Part shown: positions 43,370-47,665 of the stretch, in pieces
Position numbering within the stretch: position 1 is the first letter of the stretch
Layout of the letters: every line of letters starts with the position of its first letter
Assembly: GCA_964561805.1 (NCBI GenBank)
Contig: CAZLQU010000002.1
Coordinates: forward strand, 1 to 47,665
From: an uncultured Muribaculaceae bacterium
GTDB taxonomy: Bacteria > Bacillota_I > Bacilli_A > RF39 > UBA660
Direction of reading: 5' to 3'
DNA length: 47,665 nt
The notes under the pieces: model-generated
What the model was told of the DNA's origin: nothing
Database searches by the model: none
Seen by the model: only the letters and a program-made list of their open reading frames with translations
Position numbers and translations under genes: made by a program

Positions 43370-45187
43370 ATGTGTGGATTTGTAGGTTTTGTTGATAAAG
43401 TTCCAAACAAGAAAAAAATCATTAAGGATATGGCAGATATTATTAAGCATCGTGGACCTGATAGCGATGGATATTATGTTGGTGATGATTGCGCATTAGG
43501 TTTTAGAAGATTATCAATAATTGATTTGGACGGGGGAACACAACCTATTTATAATGAAAAAAATGACAAGTTAATAATTTTTAATGGTGAGATATACAAT
43601 TATAAAGAAATTAAAGCAGAATTATTAAAATGTGGTCATAAATTTAAAACTGATTCTGATACCGAAGTAATACTACATAGTTATGAAGAGTACGGAGATA
43701 AGTTATTAAATAAACTAAGAGGGATGTTTGCATTCATTATTTATGATATTAAGGAAAATATTATTTTTGGTGCTAGGGATTTTTATGGAATCAAGCCACT
43801 ATATTATTATAAAACAGATGATGAGTTTATGTTTGGTTCAGAGATAAAATCATTTTTGGCACACCCTAATTTTAAAAAAGAGTTAAATAGGGATATGTTA
43901 AAGCAATATCTAACTTTCCAGTATAGTGTTGGGGAAGATTCCTTCTTTAAAAATGTTTATAAATTGAGACCGGGACATTATTTTAAATACCAAGGTGGAA
44001 AATTAGAAATAAAGAAATATTATGAAATTGATTTAACGAGTGATCATAGTAAGAGTTTAGAAGAATGGAAAGATATTATTAGAAAAGAACTTAATGAATC
44101 ACTTAAATATCATAAGGTCAGTGATGTTGAGGTAGGTAGTTTCCTATCTAGCGGTGTTGATTCTTCAATCGTAGCAACACTTAGTAATGTCGATAAGACT
44201 TTTACCGTAGGTTATGATAATAAAAAATACAGTGAAGTAGATTATGCTAAGGAATTAAGTGAAAAAATTGGTGTTAAAAATATTAGTAAGAAAATTACGA
44301 AAAAAGAATATTTTGATAAATTTCCACTGATTCAATATCATATGGATGAACCATTAGCAGACCCTTCAGCAGCTGCTTTATACTTTGTGGCTAATACTGC
44401 TAGTAAGCATGTTAAAGTAGCATTATCTGGTGAAGGAGCTGATGAGATATTTGGCGGATATAATATTTACCATGAACCATATTCAGTAAGCTGGTACAAC
44501 AAAATTCCATATGTAATTAGAAGATTTGTTGGTATGCTTGCTTATCCATTTAGAAATCATACTGGCTTTAACTTTTTAGTAAGAAGAAGTAGAAAATTAG
44601 AAGATAGATATGTTGGTAATGCTTTTATCTTTGAACCACGTGATGCTGATAAGATTCTTAGTTATAAAGATAGTCATACTTTTAAGGAATTGACAAAACC
44701 ATATTATGAAAAAGCTAAAAACTATGATGATGTTGCTAAAATGCAATATATCGATTTTAATTTTTGGTTAATTGGAGATATTCTATTAAAAGCGGATAAA
44801 ATGAGTATGGCTAATTCACTAGAAGTTAGAGTGCCATTTTTGGATAGGGTGCTAATATCTAATGTTATAAGTATTCCATCAGAGTATAAAATAGTTGGTA
44901 ATGAAACGAAATATGCGTTTAGACAGGTATGTAAAGAAAGTTTGGATCCAAAATGGGCGGAAAAGAAAAAATTAGGATTTCCAGTACCTATGAGAGAATG
45001 GATTAAAGAAGATGAAACTTATAATGAAATATATAAATTATTTAGTGAAGCAAGTGAATTTTTCAATGTTAAAAAGATAATCAAACTATTAGATGATCAT
45101 AAGAATGGAAAAAGAGACAATAGTAGAAAGATATGGACAATCTATTCATTCTTAGTATGGTATCAAGAATATTTTGTAAAGCGTTAA
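43370..45187 (+). CDS. asnB: Asparagine synthase (glutamine-hydrolysing)
   Basis: MCGFVGF N-terminal Cys nucleophile, RGPD, PP-loop-like FLSSGVDSS, SGEGADEIFGGY. Confidence 0.95.
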   Translation: MCGFVGFVDKVPNKKKIIKDMADIIKHRGPDSDGYYVGDDCALGFRRLSIIDLDGGTQPIYNEKNDKLIIFNGEIYNYKEIKAELLKCGHKFKTDSDTEVILHSYEEYGDKLLNKLRGMFAFIIYDIKENIIFGARDFYGIKPLYYYKTDDEFMFGSEIKSFLAHPNFKKELNRDMLKQYLTFQYSVGEDSFFKNVYKLRPGHYFKYQGGKLEIKKYYEIDLTSDHSKSLEEWKDIIRKELNESLKYHKVSDVEVGSFLSSGVDSSIVATLSNVDKTFTVGYDNKKYSEVDYAKELSEKIGVKNISKKITKKEYFDKFPLIQYHMDEPLADPSAAALYFVANTASKHVKVALSGEGADEIFGGYNIYHEPYSVSWYNKIPYVIRRFVGMLAYPFRNHTGFNFLVRRSRKLEDRYVGNAFIFEPRDADKILSYKDSHTFKELTKPYYEKAKNYDDVAKMQYIDFNFWLIGDILLKADKMSMANSLEVRVPFLDRVLISNVISIPSEYKIVGNETKYAFRQVCKESLDPKWAEKKKLGFPVPMREWIKEDETYNEIYKLFSEASEFFNVKKIIKLLDDHKNGKRDNSRKIWTIYSFLVWYQEYFVKR

Positions 45188-45325
45188 AAAAACTATGTTT
45201 TGGTTATTATGTATACTATAATTATATTGTAGATGTGGACGTGAATATGAAAAAAATAGATTTTGGTTTTAATGATGATGATAGATTAAGTGCACAACGT
45301 CATATGTAATTTATAAAATATGATT

Positions 45326-45358
45326 GAAATGTTATATTAGTTAACATTTCTTTTATTT
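45326..45358 (+). terminator. Rho-independent terminator downstream of asnB
   Basis: gaaatgtta-tattagt-taacatttc 9-bp stem followed by ttttattt. Confidence 0.6.
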
Positions 45359-45436
45359 ATATGGCAATTATATGGTTGTACTATTTACTTTTGATAGTTA
45401 AAATGATATAATTTTAGTATATGTGGAGGTATCAAG

Positions 45437-47608
45437 ATGGCTAAAAGAAAAACTAAAAAAGATAAAGATAAATTTGAATATAGCAATGAGATAATGGGAG
45501 TAGTATTAATCTTGCTTTCAATTATTGGTATTTTAGGTTATGGAAGAGCAGGAAACTTTATTCGTAGTTTTACGGTTTTTCTTGTGGGAATTGCTTATTT
45601 TCCATTATTAATTGGTTTTTTAGTATTAGGGATATGTTTGATTGTGAAAAGAAAATCACCAAAGATGGTATCTCGCTCTTCAATTGGCTTATACTTAATT
45701 ATTATGGCTATTTTAACAATCCTTCATTTAGAATATGTTAAACAAGATGGTAGTACGAAGATGATTATTGAAACTTTTGATAATGTAATGGAAGCATTTA
45801 AATCAGCTGATTTTATTAAGAATTGTGGTGGTGGAATGACTGGTGCTGTTCTTGCTTATGCCTTTAATTGGGCATTTTCCACTGATGGTATTATGATTGT
45901 TGTAATTACATTGATTGTTTTGGGTGTAATTTTACTATTTAATACTTCAATTCTAAATGCCTTTAAGAAAATTAGGTTACCAAGGGTTGAAGAAGATGAT
46001 GATGAAGAGGAAGAGGAAGAAAGCAAAGCAGAAGAAGTACCTGATAATAGAATTGTAATATCTTCCATTGATGAACTTACAAATAAGAAAGAAGAAGTTG
46101 TAGATAACGATATTCCAATAAAGAAGGAATCAGATGCCGAAATGCATGAGGAAGAAGTCGTTAAAAATGATAATTATAAATTGCCATCAATTAATTTATT
46201 AGATACGGTAAAGAATGTCAATAGTAAAGAAAATGAACAAATAGCTAAAGAGAATATTCAAAAATTAGAGGAAGTATTAAAAGTATTTGAGGTTTCTGGT
46301 AAGATTGTGCAAGTTAATATAGGACCAACAGTTACTCAATATGAACTTGATTTAAAAGCTGGTACTAAGGTTAATAAATTACTTGGTATCCAAAGAGAAA
46401 TCGCTTTGGCAATGGCTGCTAAGGATGTCAGAATCCAAGCACCAATACCAGGGAAAAATACAATTGGTATTGAACTTCCTAATAGGGTAAATGCTTCAGT
46501 ATCAATTAAGGAAGTACTTCAAAATATGCCAAGTGTCAACGAAAAGACATTGCTTGCAGTTGGTCTTGGTAAAGATATTATGGGTAGAGTTAAATGGTGT
46601 GAGATTAATGCAACACCTCACTTACTTGTAGCAGGTTCTACTGGTAGTGGTAAATCAGTTTGTATTAACTGTATTATTACTTCACTTTTAATGAGAACAA
46701 AACCAGATCAAGTTAAATTGGTTTTGGTTGACCCTAAAAAAGTTGAATTTACAATGTATGAAGGTGTACCACATTTACTTAGCCCAGTTGTTACTGATCC
46801 AAAGAAAGCATCAATTGCCTTAAAGAATATTGTTTCTGAGATGGAAAGACGTTATGAGCTACTAGAACGCACTAGAAATAAAAATATTGTTGGTTATAAT
46901 CAATTTTGTGAAACTCATCCAGAGTATGAGAAATTACCATATATTGTAGTTATTATTGATGAGTTGGCTGATTTGATGCTTGTGGCTGCAAAAGAGGTTG
47001 AAGACTCAATTATGCGTATTACACAGATGGCACGTGCAGCTGGTATTCATTTGATTGTTGCTACGCAAAGACCATCAACAGATATTATCACGGGTGTTGT
47101 TAAAGCAAATATTCCATCAAGAATTAGTTTTGCAGTATCAAGTCAGATCGATTCAAGAACAATTCTTGATATGGGGGGTGCTGAAAAACTACTTGGTAAG
47201 GGTGATATGTTATTCTTACCAATGGGTGAATCAATACCTATGAGAGTACAGGGAGCATTTGTTTCTGAAAAAGAAATTGAAAAACTAGTTAAATACACTA
47301 TTAGTCAGCAAAAAGCAAATTATGATAACACGCTTACAGTTGATAAAAGTAGTGATAGCAGTTCAGTTAGTGGGGATGATTATGCATCAAGTGATGATTA
47401 TGATGATCCAATTTATAATGAAGTTGTTGATTTTGCGGTATCAGCGGGTAAGATTAGTGCAAGTTTAATTCAAAGAAAGTTTAGACTTGGATACAATCGT
47501 GCTGCTAGAATTGTCGATTTACTTGAAGAACGTGGCATTATTGGGCCACCAAATGGTTCTAAACCAAGAGAAGTACTTGTTAAATTAGAAAGTCATAATG
47601 AGGAATAG
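45437..47608 (+). CDS. ftsK: DNA translocase FtsK/SpoIIIE
   Basis: Four N-terminal TMs and an acidic linker. Single motor with GSTGSGKS and IIDELAD. C-terminal gamma winged-helix LIQRKFRLGYNRAARIVDLLEERGII. Confidence 0.95.
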   Translation: MAKRKTKKDKDKFEYSNEIMGVVLILLSIIGILGYGRAGNFIRSFTVFLVGIAYFPLLIGFLVLGICLIVKRKSPKMVSRSSIGLYLIIMAILTILHLEYVKQDGSTKMIIETFDNVMEAFKSADFIKNCGGGMTGAVLAYAFNWAFSTDGIMIVVITLIVLGVILLFNTSILNAFKKIRLPRVEEDDDEEEEEESKAEEVPDNRIVISSIDELTNKKEEVVDNDIPIKKESDAEMHEEEVVKNDNYKLPSINLLDTVKNVNSKENEQIAKENIQKLEEVLKVFEVSGKIVQVNIGPTVTQYELDLKAGTKVNKLLGIQREIALAMAAKDVRIQAPIPGKNTIGIELPNRVNASVSIKEVLQNMPSVNEKTLLAVGLGKDIMGRVKWCEINATPHLLVAGSTGSGKSVCINCIITSLLMRTKPDQVKLVLVDPKKVEFTMYEGVPHLLSPVVTDPKKASIALKNIVSEMERRYELLERTRNKNIVGYNQFCETHPEYEKLPYIVVIIDELADLMLVAAKEVEDSIMRITQMARAAGIHLIVATQRPSTDIITGVVKANIPSRISFAVSSQIDSRTILDMGGAEKLLGKGDMLFLPMGESIPMRVQGAFVSEKEIEKLVKYTISQQKANYDNTLTVDKSSDSSSVSGDDYASSDDYDDPIYNEVVDFAVSAGKISASLIQRKFRLGYNRAARIVDLLEERGIIGPPNGSKPREVLVKLESHNEE

Positions 47609-47665
47609 AAATATTCCTCTTTTACTTTTATTTTTTAGTAATTTGCGATATAATTAATCTAGGTG

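Noticed and set aside
45437-47608. The FtsK/SpoIIIE-family ATPase as the missing EssC of the T7-type cassette
   Set aside because: It has four N-terminal TMs, an acidic linker, a single motor domain and a C-terminal gamma (KOPS-reading) winged helix. It has no FHA domains and no tandem ATPase domains. This is the architecture of the chromosome-segregation FtsK, not EssC.
1-47665. Alternative genetic code (UGA as Trp, Mollicutes-like) suggested by the very low GC content
   Set aside because: TGA terminates several well-supported genes (for example the giant gene at 23121-23123 and P2 at 5973-5975). The tRNA-Trp carries anticodon CCA. Long ORFs are intact under code 11.

Overview
AT-rich Bacillota-type chromosomal segment with the standard genetic code: TGA is used as a stop and the tRNA-Trp has anticodon CCA. 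A BofA-like gene suggests a spore-forming Clostridia or Erysipelotrichia-like host; the taxon cannot be fixed from sequence alone. About 45 genes are present. Housekeeping or ordinary genes are: HtrA-type protease, LysM amidase, BofA, PPi-type phosphofructokinase, CapA-family protein, GNAT, alpha/beta hydrolase, S41 protease, LytTR regulator, AsnB and FtsK. Three accessory blocks stand out. (1) 3.3-24.8 kb is an unusually large SipW/TasA-like extracellular-fibre locus. It has three ER-type signal peptidase paralogues and seven proteins with SipW-cognate-type signal peptides. Embedded in its operon is a cytoplasmic module: a possible degenerate EAL-like protein, a membrane-anchored McrB-like AAA+ NTPase, and a McrC-N-terminal-like protein with no obvious nuclease. 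A 2869-aa beta-helix repeat protein follows, translationally coupled to a 40-aa sORF and a 509-aa coiled-coil protein. This is my best candidate for an undescribed system. (2) 24.85-29.05 kb is a complete His-Asp-His-Asp phosphorelay whose output domain is an HD-GYP with every metal-binding His replaced. (3) 33.35-36.4 kb is a T7SSb-style effector cassette with reverse domain order (N-terminal G-x-S-x-G hydrolase, C-terminal helical domain), two helical partners and two WXG100-like proteins lacking the Trp. No EssC-type ATPase is in the window. Also present are an Abi_2 gene, decayed small ORFs next to the tRNA-Trp, and short conserved promoter/leader elements shared between the accessory operons. 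All family assignments come from motif recognition by eye and need HMM or structure confirmation.
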